Of a stretch of 64,000 nucleotides of DNA, positions 9,677 through 21,444 are shown in pieces. Source of the DNA: an uncultured Gammaproteobacteria bacterium (GTDB lineage: Bacteria; Pseudomonadota; Gammaproteobacteria; UBA9214); assembly GCA_963827755.1 (NCBI GenBank), contig CAWHCQ010000011.1, positions 32,001 to 96,000 of the forward strand, given 5' to 3'. The notes beneath the pieces are model-generated. The model worked only from the letters and a program-made list of their open reading frames with translations. It was not told where the DNA came from and searched no databases. Each line of letters opens with the position of its first letter. The first letter of the stretch is position 1. Position numbers and translations under genes: made by a program.

Positions 9677-10486
9677 ATGACAGGAAGTGATGCTTGCCCG
9701 GCGGCCATCGAGAGCCTGCTGGATATCATGGCCCGGTTACGAAATCCGGAGTCGGGTTGTCCCTGGGACCTGCAACAGGATTTTAGAAGTATTGCGCCTC
9801 ATACGCTCGAAGAGGCCTATGAAGTGGTGGATGCCATCGAACAGGATGACAGGGCGGGTTTACTGGAGGAGTTGGGCGATCTCCTGTTTCAGGTGGTGTT
9901 CCACGCACAAATGGCACGCGAGGCAGGCTGGTTTGATTTCCAGGACGTGGTAAGCGGGATCTGCAACAAGATGACCCGGCGCCACCCGCATGTCTTTGCC
10001 GATGAAGTGATTGCAGATGCTGAAGCGCAAACGCGCGCATGGGAGCTGCACAAGGAAAAAGAACGGGGTAACGATGCCAGTGCCCTGGACGGGGTGCCGA
10101 TGGTCCTGCCGGCATTGACCAGGGCGTGCAAGCTGCAGAAACGGGCATCACGGGTCGGTTTTGACTGGCCAAGTATCCACGGGGTCGCCGACAAGGTGGA
10201 AGAGGAACTGGAAGAACTGAGTGAGGAAATTGGCAAGCAGGCGGCGGGCGGGAGACTGGCTGATGAATCCGGTGACTTGCTGTTTGCTGCTGTGAACCTC
10301 GTGCGCCATGCAGGTGTCGACCCGGAAAGTGCCCTGCGCCAGGCCAACATCAAGTTTACAAGACGGTTTCACCAGGTTGAGGCCTTCTGCCAGGAGGCGG
10401 GCAAGAGTGTCGCGGAGACCGGTCTCGATACACTGGATTTATTCTGGGAAAAGGCCAAGCGAACGGAGCGCCGGGATACGACTTGA
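9677..10486 (+). CDS. mazG: Nucleoside triphosphate pyrophosphohydrolase MazG
   Basis: GCPWDLQQ, EEAYEVVDAI, EELGDLLFQVVFH, RRHPHVF, GFDW. Confidence 0.95.
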   Translation: MTGSDACPAAIESLLDIMARLRNPESGCPWDLQQDFRSIAPHTLEEAYEVVDAIEQDDRAGLLEELGDLLFQVVFHAQMAREAGWFDFQDVVSGICNKMTRRHPHVFADEVIADAEAQTRAWELHKEKERGNDASALDGVPMVLPALTRACKLQKRASRVGFDWPSIHGVADKVEEELEELSEEIGKQAAGGRLADESGDLLFAAVNLVRHAGVDPESALRQANIKFTRRFHQVEAFCQEAGKSVAETGLDTLDLFWEKAKRTERRDTT

Positions 10487-10577
10487 AGCGGCATGGCCTG
10501 TCTTGTGTATTGCGGGTGGTTCAGGTACAAAGAAGAGCAATAAATCTCATGTCTAACATTCTACGGTGAGCCGTCCA

Positions 10578-11390
10578 ATGGTTACAGAAAGCAGAATCAA
10601 GGTCGAAAATCTGGTTGCCCATTATGGTGACCGCGTAATCCTGAACGGGATCAACATGGATGTCCGCGCCGGCGAAATCATGGTCATTATGGGCGGCAGC
10701 GGTTCCGGCAAGACCACCTTGATGCGCAACCTGCTCGGGCTCAATAAACCAACATCGGGAAGTATCCATGTTTTCGGCAAGGACATTACCAGGATCAGCA
10801 ACCGTGAGCTCTATGAACTGCGTCGCAAGATGGGGGTTGCATTCCAGGGCGGTGCCTTGCTGGGTTCCATGACGGTGGCGGAAAATGTTGAATTGCCCTT
10901 GCGTGAACACACCAGCCTTGACGAGAACACCATTCGCATTATGTCGCGGATGAAGCTTGAAGTGGTTAACCTTGCCGGCTTCGAGGACCTGATGCCTTCC
11001 GAGCTGTCCGGCGGCATGCTGAAGCGTGCGGCACTGGCGCGATCCATCATTATGGACCCGAGCCTGCTGTTCTTCGATGAGCCGTCCGCCGGTCTTGACC
11101 CGGTGGTTTCAGCCGAGCTGGATGAACTCATCCTGCGCCTGAAAAATGCCATGGACGTCAGCATCGTCGTGGTGACTCATGAACTCGAGAGTGCCTTCAA
11201 GATTGCCGACAGGATTACTGTTCTCGGCGGCGGACATGTGCTGATGACCGGTACCGTGGAAGAGGTAAAGAACAGTGACAACCAGGAAATCCAGGACATG
11301 CTGAATCGCAAGCCCAGGGATGAAACTGTCAATGCAGAAGAGTACCTGGCAAGGCTAACCGCGGTACGGCAGGGCCAGCGGCACGTCTAG
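10578..11390 (+). CDS. mlaF: MlaF/Ttg2A-family ABC ATPase
   Basis: GGSGSGKT, PSELSGGMLKRAALAR, FDEPSAGLDP; alternative GTG start at 10566. Confidence 0.85.
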   Translation: MVTESRIKVENLVAHYGDRVILNGINMDVRAGEIMVIMGGSGSGKTTLMRNLLGLNKPTSGSIHVFGKDITRISNRELYELRRKMGVAFQGGALLGSMTVAENVELPLREHTSLDENTIRIMSRMKLEVVNLAGFEDLMPSELSGGMLKRAALARSIIMDPSLLFFDEPSAGLDPVVSAELDELILRLKNAMDVSIVVVTHELESAFKIADRITVLGGGHVLMTGTVEEVKNSDNQEIQDMLNRKPRDETVNAEEYLARLTAVRQGQRHV

Positions 11391-11420
11391 CCGGACTAGT
11401 ACTCCGACCGGCCTGTCGGC

Positions 11421-12017
11421 TCAGCTCGTGGTTTCGAGTTCCTTTATTTTTTCCTTCATCTTCGACATCAGGCCATCAAAGCCTTCCTTCTTGACGATCG
11501 TCTGGTAGGAACTGCGGTAGTTGCTGATCAGGCTGACGCCCTCGATAATCACATCGTATACCAGCCAGTCGTTCCCCTTCCTGTACAGCTTGTAATTGAC
11601 CGGGATGTCTGCACTGGCGGTCTTGATCAGGGTTTCAACCAGGGCCTTCTTGCCCTCGGCCTTGTCTGCCGGATAGGAGACGGTCTCGTTGGTGTAGGCT
11701 TCCAGTTTTGCCACATAACTGTTCTGGATCAATTGCTTGAACAGGTCTGTGAATTCCTGCTTCTCTGCGTCAGTCGCCTTTTTCCAGTTGGTGGCGAGGG
11801 TGCGTTGTGACATGGCACGGAAATCGAAGCGTTTGCCGATTTCTTTCTCCATGGCGCTGCGCCTGGCGGCCTTGTCCAGGTTGTCATTCTTGAGGAGACC
11901 AAGAATGGCTTCAACGGTAGTCCGCACGGAATCGACAGCCGAGCTTTCAGCCGAAACCACGGGCGCAAAGGCCAGTGACAGGCCGACAGTCAGGATCATC
12001 AAGTAACGTTTTAACAT
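11421..12017 (-). CDS. mlaC: MlaC/Ttg2D periplasmic phospholipid-binding protein
   Basis: Signal peptide; FDFRAMSQRTL; WLVYDVIIEGVSLISNYRSSY. Confidence 0.9.
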   Translation of the reverse strand: MLKRYLMILTVGLSLAFAPVVSAESSAVDSVRTTVEAILGLLKNDNLDKAARRSAMEKEIGKRFDFRAMSQRTLATNWKKATDAEKQEFTDLFKQLIQNSYVAKLEAYTNETVSYPADKAEGKKALVETLIKTASADIPVNYKLYRKGNDWLVYDVIIEGVSLISNYRSSYQTIVKKEGFDGLMSKMKEKIKELETTS

Positions 12018-12067
12018 TTCAAATACCTCTTTACGACAATATGGTTGTGAGACAGTCCGCTGTCCCG

Positions 12068-12991
12068 TTAGTTCTCGACCAGGTTCTGGCGGTACTGTGC
12101 CCAGGCATCACGTACGAACAGGTACGGGTCGAGTGCATCCTTCTTGATGCCTTCGTAGGTGTCCTTGTCGAGCGAAAGCGCGTTGATTGCCCGATAGGCG
12201 ATTGCGTAATAATAGTCACTGTTCTCCCAGGCATACGAGACAATATTCATATAGCTGTCGGCAACCCGTCCGATGCCGTCCCTGAAGCTGGACGGCCCAA
12301 GGAAGGGCAGCACCAGGTACGGGCCCGGACCGACACCGTAGTGACCCAGGGTCTGCCCGGTGTCTTCATCCTGCTTCGCGATGCCGAAGTGTTCCTTCGC
12401 GGGATCGAACATGCCACCGATCCCGAGGGTGGTATTGGTGCCGAACCGGACCAGTTCATTGCCGGCATCACCGAACTTGCCCTGCAGGCCGGCATTGATT
12501 ATGCGTACGGGGGTTGCGAGGTTGGAGAAGATATTGCCGACCGCGACCCTGAAAGGTTCCGGCGCTATCCAGCGGTAGCCCCTTGCGATCGGTTTCAACA
12601 GGTAAAAGTAAAGCTTGTCATTGAACCAGAACATGCCCCGGTTGAAGGTCTCCAGCGGGTCATAGACTTCGAGCATTTCGTCGTCTTCGTCCATGAACGG
12701 CAAATCTTCGCTGGTCGCGCCGACGACTTCAGCCATGAGCAGGAAATTGTCGTCTGCGCTGGCGACGCGGTAGCTGTCAATCGTGTTATCCGCGGCAGCC
12801 AGGGTAAAGGGGTTGGCCGGGTTGTCCGTGTCAGGCAGCGTGTAGGGCAGGCTGTCGGCGGCATTTTGCGCGAAATTACGGCCGTATAGCGTGACCATGT
12901 TGCTGCTTTCTGAAAAGCCTGTGAGAACAATCCCGCTTGTGGCACTCATCGGAACAGCCAGGGCGAGTATCAAGGCAATGGTTTTTTTCAT
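12068..12991 (-). CDS. mlaA: MlaA/VacJ family protein with acidic N-terminal extension and no lipobox Cys
   Basis: DPLETFNRGMFWFND, EDTGQTLGHYGVGPGPYLVLPFLGPSSFRD, DPYLFVRDAW. Confidence 0.9.
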   Translation of the reverse strand: MKKTIALILALAVPMSATSGIVLTGFSESSNMVTLYGRNFAQNAADSLPYTLPDTDNPANPFTLAAADNTIDSYRVASADDNFLLMAEVVGATSEDLPFMDEDDEMLEVYDPLETFNRGMFWFNDKLYFYLLKPIARGYRWIAPEPFRVAVGNIFSNLATPVRIINAGLQGKFGDAGNELVRFGTNTTLGIGGMFDPAKEHFGIAKQDEDTGQTLGHYGVGPGPYLVLPFLGPSSFRDGIGRVADSYMNIVSYAWENSDYYYAIAYRAINALSLDKDTYEGIKKDALDPYLFVRDAWAQYRQNLVEN

Positions 12992-13009
12992 AATATTTTC
13001 CTTCACGGG

Positions 13010-13456
13010 TTATTCACCTTCAAAGATGTATTTACTGACCAGTTCTTCCAGGCTGATCGAGGCCTCGGTTTCCTCGATGACATCACCATCTGCCAGGAAG
13101 ATTTCCGATCCTCCCGGGGTAAGCTTGATAAACTTGTCACCGATGATGCCGGAGGTGCGAATCGAGGCAATACTGTCGTCGGTCAGCTTTATGGTCTTGT
13201 TGACGTCCATGTGGACTACGGCTTCGTATTCGCCGGCATCCAGCTCGATTTTTGTGACCTTGCCGACGTTAACGCCAGCGAGTTCAAGGGTTGCGCCTTC
13301 CTTGAGCCCGCTGATGGATGTGAAGCGTGCGGTAACAGCGTAGCTTTCTTCCTTGAACAGATCGAGGTCACCCATCTTCACGGCAAGATAGGCAAAGCTG
13401 GCAAAGCCCGCCAGCAGGAAAGCACCAACAATCATTTCAAGACTCGTTTTTTTCAT
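13010..13456 (-). CDS. mlaD: MlaD MCE-domain protein
   Basis: N-terminal TM; FTSISGLKEGA, AGVNVGKV, IRTSGIIGDKFI. Confidence 0.92.
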   Translation of the reverse strand: MKKTSLEMIVGAFLLAGFASFAYLAVKMGDLDLFKEESYAVTARFTSISGLKEGATLELAGVNVGKVTKIELDAGEYEAVVHMDVNKTIKLTDDSIASIRTSGIIGDKFIKLTPGGSEIFLADGDVIEETEASISLEELVSKYIFEGE

Positions 13457-13503
13457 AGTTGCTAACCCCGTACTCTCCGGTCAATTTGCAGCGGTTTGTT
13501 TTG

Positions 13504-14295
13504 TTACGAAAGAATCAGTGATCCGATCAGGTAGTCCCATACAAGGATGGTGACTGATGCAAGCACGACGGCGTCGGTAGTGATGCGGCTGACACCTTCA
13601 GCACCGTATACGCCGGTCCGGCTGAGATGGAGATAGTATCCCTTGACGGTGGTTATCCAGACGATCAGCAGGCCGAAGACCAGTGACTTGATTCCGCAGA
13701 GGCGGATGTCTGCCCATTCCACGCTTTTATACATGCCCTGGAAATAGGAGCCTGAAGAAACATCCAGCAGGACAACACCGGCCAGGTAGCCGCCAAAGAT
13801 GCCGACCACGCAGAAGATAAATGAAAGTACCGGGAGTGAGATCAGGGCCGCTGCAAACTTGGGTGCGACCAGGTATTTAATCGGGTCGATCGCCATGCAT
13901 TCCAGCGCATCGATCTGTTCCGAGTGGCGCATGATGCCGATTTCCGCGCAAATGGCAGAGCCGGCACGTCCAATGACCATCAGCGCAGTCAGAACCGGGC
14001 CCAGTTCCTGTATCAGGCTGAGGGCAACGGCGGAGCCGAGCAGTTCCTCGGAGCCGAACTGTTTCAGGTTGTGGTAGCCCTGCAGGCCCAGAACCATGCC
14101 GGTAAACAGGCCGACGATCATGATTACGGTGGTGGAGCGGGTGCCGATGAAGTAAATCTGGCGGACAATGGGGTAGAGGGAGTAGGGGGGTCTGAATGAA
14201 GCGGCAACTGCAGAACCGAAGAACATGCCGCTTCTGCCGATGTATTCAAGCATGTAAAGGAACTCACTTCCAAGTTTTTGTATCAGGTTTCCCAT
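13504..14295 (-). CDS. mlaE: MlaE ABC permease
   Basis: ELGPVLTALMVIGRAGSAICAEIGIM..SEQIDAL; GAEGVSRITTDAVV. Confidence 0.93.
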   Translation of the reverse strand: MGNLIQKLGSEFLYMLEYIGRSGMFFGSAVAASFRPPYSLYPIVRQIYFIGTRSTTVIMIVGLFTGMVLGLQGYHNLKQFGSEELLGSAVALSLIQELGPVLTALMVIGRAGSAICAEIGIMRHSEQIDALECMAIDPIKYLVAPKFAAALISLPVLSFIFCVVGIFGGYLAGVVLLDVSSGSYFQGMYKSVEWADIRLCGIKSLVFGLLIVWITTVKGYYLHLSRTGVYGAEGVSRITTDAVVLASVTILVWDYLIGSLILS

Positions 14296-14378
14296 TGTTC
14301 GCAGTTATTTTTCCCTGTCCCCTGAATTTCGTGCTGATAATACCGGATGCAATAAATGAAGTCAGTAATCTTTAACTG

Positions 14379-14708
14379 TCAGGCAAGTCCCTCTTCGACA
14401 GAATCAAACATGGTAAATACCTTGTCGAGGCGCGCCAGTTCAAGTACACGCCGGGTGGGTTCGCTGGTGGCCGCCAGTGCAAACATGCCGCCGGTCTTTT
14501 TGGCGGCCTGCAGGGCCTCAACCAGTGATGCAACACCGGAGCTGTCGATATAGGAGACTTCGGAAAGATCGACGATGATCTTCGCTTTCCCGGTGTTTTT
14601 AAAACACTTGATCAGGATTTCGCGTGCAACCGGAGAGCTTTCCAGGTCGATCTCGCCTGAAAATACAACGACTTTTGCACCGGGTTTCTCGATAATTTCA
14701 TGTTTCAT
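14379..14708 (-). CDS. STAS-domain anti-sigma-factor antagonist (RsbV/SpoIIAA or MlaB-like)
   Basis: SGEIDL..., VDLSEVSYIDSSGVASLV with phosphoacceptor Ser motif. Confidence 0.9.
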   Translation of the reverse strand: MKHEIIEKPGAKVVVFSGEIDLESSPVAREILIKCFKNTGKAKIIVDLSEVSYIDSSGVASLVEALQAAKKTGGMFALAATSEPTRRVLELARLDKVFTMFDSVEEGLA

Positions 14709-16479
14709 TTGTCTTGTCTCTCTCAATGAATTTGGCCATGCGTAGCAGGTTTCCCTTGCCGGATGGCACCGGCAGGTATTCGACTTCGTCCATTACGTCG
14801 TGGATCAGGCAGATTCCCAGTCCACCCGGTTTCAGCTTTTTGGGCCACTTCGGCCTGAGTTTTTCCTGATCGACCGGGGGGGCTGAATCCTCCAGGAGGA
14901 ATTCAAGTATGCCGTCTTTACAGCGTATTTCCAATGTTGCATTGCCATCCGCTGTGTCCTTGTAGGCATGGCGTACGATATTCTGGCAGGCCTCGCTGAT
15001 CGCGATGATCATATCCTGGGTCACCTCGGGGGTGCAGCCGCAGGCCTCGCAGGCCTCGCGGGTGATCTCGCGCACCCCCGGCAAGGCATCCGCCGTCGAC
15101 TTAAATGTATGGCGCCTGATCGTGCCCATAGTCTTGTCCTCGGCTTTATCGGGGCGGAATTCCACGGCAATCATCGTTATATCGTCATGGCGTGTGCGGC
15201 CGGTATCCCTCAGGGTCGTCAATACGGCGCTGAGACGTTCGGCGGCGGAACGGTGCCGGTGTGCCATGATGATGTTCTTGAAACCTTCCAGCCCGAGCTG
15301 GCCGCCGTCAGCAAGTTTGCCCTCGGTAACCCCGTCCGTGAATATATACAGGGATCCGCCATCGAGGTTGAATATTTCATCCGTGATTCCTGTCTCACCC
15401 GCTTCCAGCGGCAGAATGCCCAGCGGCGGGGAGCTGGCCGGTACCTCGGTGAATGTGTCGTCCCGGGAGTGAATCAGTGGTGGTTCATGGCCTGCATTGG
15501 CCAGATGTACTTCGCCGCTGGCGGGATCAAACAAGCCGCAGCTCATGGTAACAAACATGCCGTTGATGGCTGTTTCGCAGAGCTCGCGGTTGATGGTTGC
15601 AAGCAGCAAGCCGGGAGTATGAATGGTCTTTCCCAGGCAGCGGAACAGGCTTGCTGTTTTCGACATCAACAACGCGGCATTGATGCCCTTGCCGGAAACA
15701 TCACCGAGACTGAAATAGACGCGACCGTCATCCAGCTCGAAGAAGTCATAGAAGTCACCCGACATTTCATAGGCCGGGAGGTTAATCCCGCTAACCGGAA
15801 AAGGTGCCTCCCGCGGTTCGGGTAACAGGCTGCGTTGCATCTCGCTGGCCAGTTCCAGTTCACGGTTGACGCGTTCCTGGTGGATCAGCCTGCCTGCCAT
15901 CCTGGAATTGTGAATGGCGAGCGCGGCGGCGGAGCCCAGGGTTTGCAGCATCATCAGATCGGTTTCGGAATAGAGTTCGCTTTTATTGCTCTTGTTGACC
16001 AGTTCAATCGCACCGATGCTCTTGTTGTGGACAATCAGGGGTGCGCAGAGGATTGAAAGTGTCCTGAAGCCGCTGGCTTCATCAATGGATTTGTCGAAAT
16101 TCGGGTCATGCTGGGCGTCCCGGACGATCCGGCTGCTGCCTTCTGCAACGCACTGGCCAACAATACCTTCACCCTCCCTGAGCGTGATTCCCTTGATATC
16201 TACCGGGCCGACGCTGGCTTCACAGGTGATGATGTGATTTTTGTCCAGCATGAACAGGGAACCGCCTTCAGCCTTGACGAACTGTACTATCAGGCCAAGG
16301 GCCTTCTCGATAGTTTCGCCGGTGTCGAGGGAGCCGGCCAGATGGCTGCTCATTTCCGAAAGCAGCTGGAGGTGAGCCGAGATGGCCTGTTTATTGCGCC
16401 GGTCGAGCAGACTGTGATCTCTGCGGTCCTGGTCGGGTGGCATTGCGGCCGTCCTGGCTGCTTTAGTATCGTCTGTCAT
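14698..16479 (-). CDS. GAF + SpoIIE/PP2C phosphatase + RsbW-like HATPase kinase fusion
   Basis: GAF ([13 protein letters not shown]); PP2C (SGDFYD, GDVSGKG, NAGH, TDGVTE, DDITM); kinase ([20 protein letters not shown]). Confidence 0.9.
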   Translation of the reverse strand: MTDDTKAARTAAMPPDQDRRDHSLLDRRNKQAISAHLQLLSEMSSHLAGSLDTGETIEKALGLIVQFVKAEGGSLFMLDKNHIITCEASVGPVDIKGITLREGEGIVGQCVAEGSSRIVRDAQHDPNFDKSIDEASGFRTLSILCAPLIVHNKSIGAIELVNKSNKSELYSETDLMMLQTLGSAAALAIHNSRMAGRLIHQERVNRELELASEMQRSLLPEPREAPFPVSGINLPAYEMSGDFYDFFELDDGRVYFSLGDVSGKGINAALLMSKTASLFRCLGKTIHTPGLLLATINRELCETAINGMFVTMSCGLFDPASGEVHLANAGHEPPLIHSRDDTFTEVPASSPPLGILPLEAGETGITDEIFNLDGGSLYIFTDGVTEGKLADGGQLGLEGFKNIIMAHRHRSAAERLSAVLTTLRDTGRTRHDDITMIAVEFRPDKAEDKTMGTIRRHTFKSTADALPGVREITREACEACGCTPEVTQDMIIAISEACQNIVRHAYKDTADGNATLEIRCKDGILEFLLEDSAPPVDQEKLRPKWPKKLKPGGLGICLIHDVMDEVEYLPVPSGKGNLLRMAKFIERDKTNET

Positions 16480-16527
16480 ACATTACCGTACTGTCCTGAA
16501 TAACAGTCTGCTGCTCGTTGAAATCAA

Positions 16528-16604
<77 letters not shown>

Positions 16605-16605
16605 A

Positions 16606-17607
16606 TTAATAAGAACGATTAACAGAAAACTCGGCAAGACTATAGAGTGCATCCTTGTATGCTGACTCCGGCAGCGGGCCCAGTGCCGCGATGGCAAGAT
16701 CAGCTTCCCGTTGTGCAGCTTGTGCAGTGTACGGAATGGCGCCGGTCGCTTCAATAATGGCGCAAACTGCCTGCATGTTGTCATGTCCGCCGTTTTCAAT
16801 GGCCTTGCGAATCAGTGCGGCTTGCTCCGGCGTACCTACCTGCATTGCATGTATCAATGGCAGGGTGGGTTTGCCCTCGGCCAGGTCATCGCCGACGTTT
16901 TTACCCGTGTCCTCCGGGGAAGCACTGTAGTCCAGTACGTCATCAATCAACTGGAAGGCGATGCCGAGATGTAAACCATAACTGGCCATGGCCTTTTCAA
17001 CCAGCTCGCTTTGCTGTCCGAGGACGGCGCCAAATTGTGCCGCAGCCTCGAACAGGCGTGCTGTTTTCCGGCGGATGACGTCCAGGTATTGTATTTCCGT
17101 GGTAGCGGCATCATGGCAGTTAAGCAGCTGCATGACCTCGCCTTCTGCGATGGCGTTGGTGGTGGTGGACATGATTTCCATGATGCGCATTTCCCTGGCA
17201 TCGACAATCATCTCGAAGGCACGTGAATAGAGAAAATCGCCGACCAGCACACTGGCCTCGTTACCCCAGACCGCGTTGGCGGTCATGTTGCCACGCCGGA
17301 GTTGCGAGGCATCGACAACATCATCGTGCAGCAGGGTGGCGGTATGGATGAATTCTATGACAGCGGCCAGGTTGATATGCTGATCGCCCTTGTAGCCGCA
17401 GGCATTGGCGGTGAGCAGCACCAGTATCGGGCGTAACCGCTTGCCGCCGCTGTTTATAATATAGTGCGAGAGCTGGTTGATCAGGCTTACGTCACTGTGC
17501 AAGCGGGCCTGGATGAGTGCATCCACGGCATCGAACTCTTCGGACACGAGGCGGCGTATGGACTCGATTCCTGATATATCCTGATGATTTTTAACTAGTT
17601 TTAGCAT
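16606..17607 (-). CDS. ispB: Octaprenyl diphosphate synthase
   Basis: [40 protein letters not shown]. Confidence 0.95.
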   Translation of the reverse strand: MLKLVKNHQDISGIESIRRLVSEEFDAVDALIQARLHSDVSLINQLSHYIINSGGKRLRPILVLLTANACGYKGDQHINLAAVIEFIHTATLLHDDVVDASQLRRGNMTANAVWGNEASVLVGDFLYSRAFEMIVDAREMRIMEIMSTTTNAIAEGEVMQLLNCHDAATTEIQYLDVIRRKTARLFEAAAQFGAVLGQQSELVEKAMASYGLHLGIAFQLIDDVLDYSASPEDTGKNVGDDLAEGKPTLPLIHAMQVGTPEQAALIRKAIENGGHDNMQAVCAIIEATGAIPYTAQAAQREADLAIAALGPLPESAYKDALYSLAEFSVNRSY

Positions 17608-17709
17608 AGGGGTATGGATTCGGGGGCGTATCGGGTCCGGGTGATCCTGCGCGGCTGGTATTTCGGCTAGTTTAACGGTCTTGCAGAGCGTGCGCCAGAA
17701 GGGATTTGA

Positions 17710-17738
17710 TTGACCTTGCCGGGTGCAATCATTAGAAT
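17710..17738 (+). promoter_or_regulatory. Putative sigma70 promoter of rplU-rpmA
   Basis: TTGACC-N17-TAGAAT. Confidence 0.65.
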
Positions 17739-17785
17739 GAGCGGCCTTTTTCGACAATGCAGTTGATGCGCTTGGAGTTTCTAAC

Positions 17786-18097
17786 ATGTATGCGGTAATC
17801 AAGACGGGCGGCAAGCAATATCGTGTCCTCGAGGGTGACACCTTGCGGGTGGAGAAACTCGATGCCGGTACAGGCGAGACCATTGAGTTTGACCAGGTCC
17901 TGATGGTTGGCGAAGGCGCAGACGTAAAGATCGGCACCCCTTACGTCGATGGCGGCAAGGTTACCGCGACAGTCAGGGAGCAGGGTCGCGCCAAAAAGGT
18001 CGACATCATCAAGTTCCGTCGCCGCAAGCACCACATGAAGCGGATGGGACATCGTCAGAGTTATACCGAGCTGGAAATCACCGCCATCAGCGGTTGA
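17786..18097 (+). CDS. rplU: 50S ribosomal protein L21
   Basis: [14 protein letters not shown]...GHRQSYT. Confidence 0.98.
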   Translation: MYAVIKTGGKQYRVLEGDTLRVEKLDAGTGETIEFDQVLMVGEGADVKIGTPYVDGGKVTATVREQGRAKKVDIIKFRRRKHHMKRMGHRQSYTELEITAISG

Positions 18098-18121
18098 TGG
18101 CCTGCTACAGAGGATCATCAA

Positions 18122-18379
18122 ATGGCACACAAGAAAGCAGGCGGCAGTACCCGTAACGGCCGCGATTCAGAATCCAAGCGACTCGGCGTCAAGTGTTTCG
18201 GCGGTGAATCGGTGCTGGCCGGCAATATCATCGTTCGCCAGCGTGGTACACATTTTCATCCCGGCAAGAATGTCGGCTGTGGCAGGGACCACACACTCTT
18301 TGCCAAGAGCACCGGGGTAGTGCGTTTCGTTCAGCGCGGAGCAAAAAAACGCAAGTTTGTCGAAGTCGAAGCTGGCTGA
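18122..18379 (+). CDS. rpmA: 50S ribosomal protein L27
   Basis: [24 protein letters not shown]. Confidence 0.98.
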   Translation: MAHKKAGGSTRNGRDSESKRLGVKCFGGESVLAGNIIVRQRGTHFHPGKNVGCGRDHTLFAKSTGVVRFVQRGAKKRKFVEVEAG

Positions 18380-18403
18380 GCCAGGCGCCTGCCAGGCATC
18401 ATC

Positions 18404-18429
18404 AAGCCCCGCCATGAGCGGGGTTTTTT
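18404..18429 (+). terminator. Intrinsic terminator after rpmA
   Basis: AAGCCCCGC-catga-GCGGGGTTTTTT. Confidence 0.8.
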
Positions 18430-18445
18430 GTGTTAAGCCACGTGA

Positions 18446-19597
<1,152 letters not shown>

Positions 19598-19696
19598 TTT
19601 CCGTTATTTGTATGGCCATGCTATGGCATTACTATTAACCCCGTTCAGGGGACTGGCGGATGGCCTGCATCCGCTGTATCAGGGTAAGGCAAGACA

Positions 19697-20824
19697 ATGT
19701 CCGGACAGTTAAAAACAAGCGACTGCAAGCGTTGGGTCATCAAGATCGGCAGCGCCCTGTTGACCAACGAGGGCGCCGGTCTTGCCACAGACGCGATTGA
19801 CAGCTGGGTTGAACAGATGGCCGCCCTGCGCGTGCAGGGCCATGAGCTGGTGCTCGTCTCTTCCGGTGCGGTTGCCGAGGGCATGTCGCGCCTGGGCTGG
19901 CGACAGCGCCCGCACGCCCTGCATGAACTGCAGGCGGCAGCGGCCGTTGGCCAGATGGGCCTGGTGCAGGCCTACGAGTCCCGCTTCCAGCGATACGGCC
20001 TGCACACGGCACAGGTCTTGCTCACTCACGACGACCTGCTCCACAGACAGCGTTACCTGAACGCCCGCAGCACCTTGCGCACCCTGCTGCAACTCAACGT
20101 GGTCCCGGTCGTCAACGAGAATGATACGGTCGCCACGGAAGAAATCCGTTTTGGCGACAATGACTCCCTTGGTGCGCTGGTCGCCAACCTGGTCGAGGCA
20201 GACTTGCTGGTGTTTCTGACCGACCAGGAGGGGATGTATGACAGTGATCCCCGCAGTAACCCGAATGCCGCACTGATACCGGAAGCACGGGCCGGTGATC
20301 TGCAACTCGAGTCCATGGCAGCCGGCAGTGGCGGGGTGCTGGGGCGCGGTGGCATGCTTACCAAGGTAAGGGCAGCGGCGCGCGCCGCTCGTTCCGGGAC
20401 AATGACACTGATTGTGTCCGGCAAGGAACAGAATGTGCTGCAACGTATCGGCGCTGATGAGCAGCTGGGAACACGTCTGTACGCGGCAAATGCGCCACTG
20501 GCCGCACGCAAGCAATGGCTGGCCAGTCAGTTGCAGGTGCGTGGGCGGCTGATGCTGGACGAAGGGGCTGTGAATGTATTACGCGCTGCCGGCAGAAGTC
20601 TGCTGGCGGTCGGGGTCACCGCGGTTGAAGGGGGCTTCAGTCGTGGCGACCTGGTGGTTTGCCTGGCGCCGGGTGGCGAGGAGATTGCGCGTGGGCTGGT
20701 GAATTACAATGCGGATGAAACGCGCAGGATAATCGGCAAGGCAAGCGGGCAGATCGAGGAGATCCTGGGTTACATCGATGAACCCGAATTAATCCACCGT
20801 GACAACCTGGTGCTGAGCGCGTGA
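19697..20824 (+). CDS. proB: Glutamate 5-kinase
   Basis: [24 protein letters not shown]-terminal PUA domain. Confidence 0.96.
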   Translation: MSGQLKTSDCKRWVIKIGSALLTNEGAGLATDAIDSWVEQMAALRVQGHELVLVSSGAVAEGMSRLGWRQRPHALHELQAAAAVGQMGLVQAYESRFQRYGLHTAQVLLTHDDLLHRQRYLNARSTLRTLLQLNVVPVVNENDTVATEEIRFGDNDSLGALVANLVEADLLVFLTDQEGMYDSDPRSNPNAALIPEARAGDLQLESMAAGSGGVLGRGGMLTKVRAAARAARSGTMTLIVSGKEQNVLQRIGADEQLGTRLYAANAPLAARKQWLASQLQVRGRLMLDEGAVNVLRAAGRSLLAVGVTAVEGGFSRGDLVVCLAPGGEEIARGLVNYNADETRRIIGKASGQIEEILGYIDEPELIHRDNLVLSA

Positions 20825-20836
20825 ATGCCGCGCATT

Positions 20837-20865
20837 AAAAAGCCGGCCATCGGGCCGGCTTTTTT
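20837..20865. terminator. Bidirectional terminator between proB and rpsT
   Basis: AAAAAGCCGGCC-atcg-GGCCGGCTTTTTT. Confidence 0.85.
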
Positions 20866-20886
20866 GAAATCATGCAGCGCTGTTAT

Positions 20887-21147
20887 TCAGAGACTGCGGA
20901 TATTCCGGTTCAGCCGGCTCTTGTGGCGCGCAGCCTTGTTTGCATGGATCAGTCCCTTGCCTGCTGCCTTGTCGATAACCGGTACCGCTTCGTCATAGGC
21001 CTTTTTGGCCGCCTCACGGTCACCCGTTTCGATGGTTTTCAGAACCTTCTTGATGGAGGTACGCATGTTTGAACGCTGGCTTGCATTGAGCTGGCGGTGG
21101 TTTTCCGCTTGCCGTGCGCGTTTTCTTGCCTGTGCTGTATTTGCCAA
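20887..21147 (-). CDS. rpsT: 30S ribosomal protein S20 (TTG start)
   Basis: [12 protein letters not shown]...[16 protein letters not shown]. Confidence 0.97.
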   Translation of the reverse strand: MANTAQARKRARQAENHRQLNASQRSNMRTSIKKVLKTIETGDREAAKKAYDEAVPVIDKAAGKGLIHANKAARHKSRLNRNIRSL

Positions 21148-21183
21148 GGAACTGCTCCTTCGGGGTCATTCAAAAGACGGCGT

Positions 21184-21213
21184 ACTATGCGGATTTCAGC
21201 TGGAATTTGTCAA
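21184..21213 (-). promoter_or_regulatory. Putative sigma70 promoter of rpsT
   Basis: TTGACA-N18-CATAGT on minus strand. Confidence 0.55.
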
Positions 21214-21444
21214 TATTTCACGGGCAGCAAGCTCAACCGGGCTTTAAAACCGGCGGCCAGCCCTGCCGAAATGGCGCCGGGCACACGACCAGGCAACGGA
21301 CGGCGCTAAAACAACAACTTATGCCTGAAGATCGCGTAATATTGGCCCTTTATCGGCAACCCGATGGAGAGGCCCGCGGATGATCCGCAGCCACCGCCCT
21401 GCAGGCCGGGATTGTCGCAGAACAGGCCTTGAATATCACTGTAG

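Noticed and set aside
11975-12889. Long antisense ORFs (also 14968-15825, 24711-25802, 35047-35949, 41204-42397, 54374-55339)
   Set aside because: They lie opposite well-supported genes, have no recognisable motifs, and are expected shadow ORFs in GC-rich coding DNA
17608-17937. N-terminal extension of the ispB ORF (443 aa in the ORF track)
   Set aside because: Overlaps rplU and its promoter antisense; IspB similarity begins near 17607
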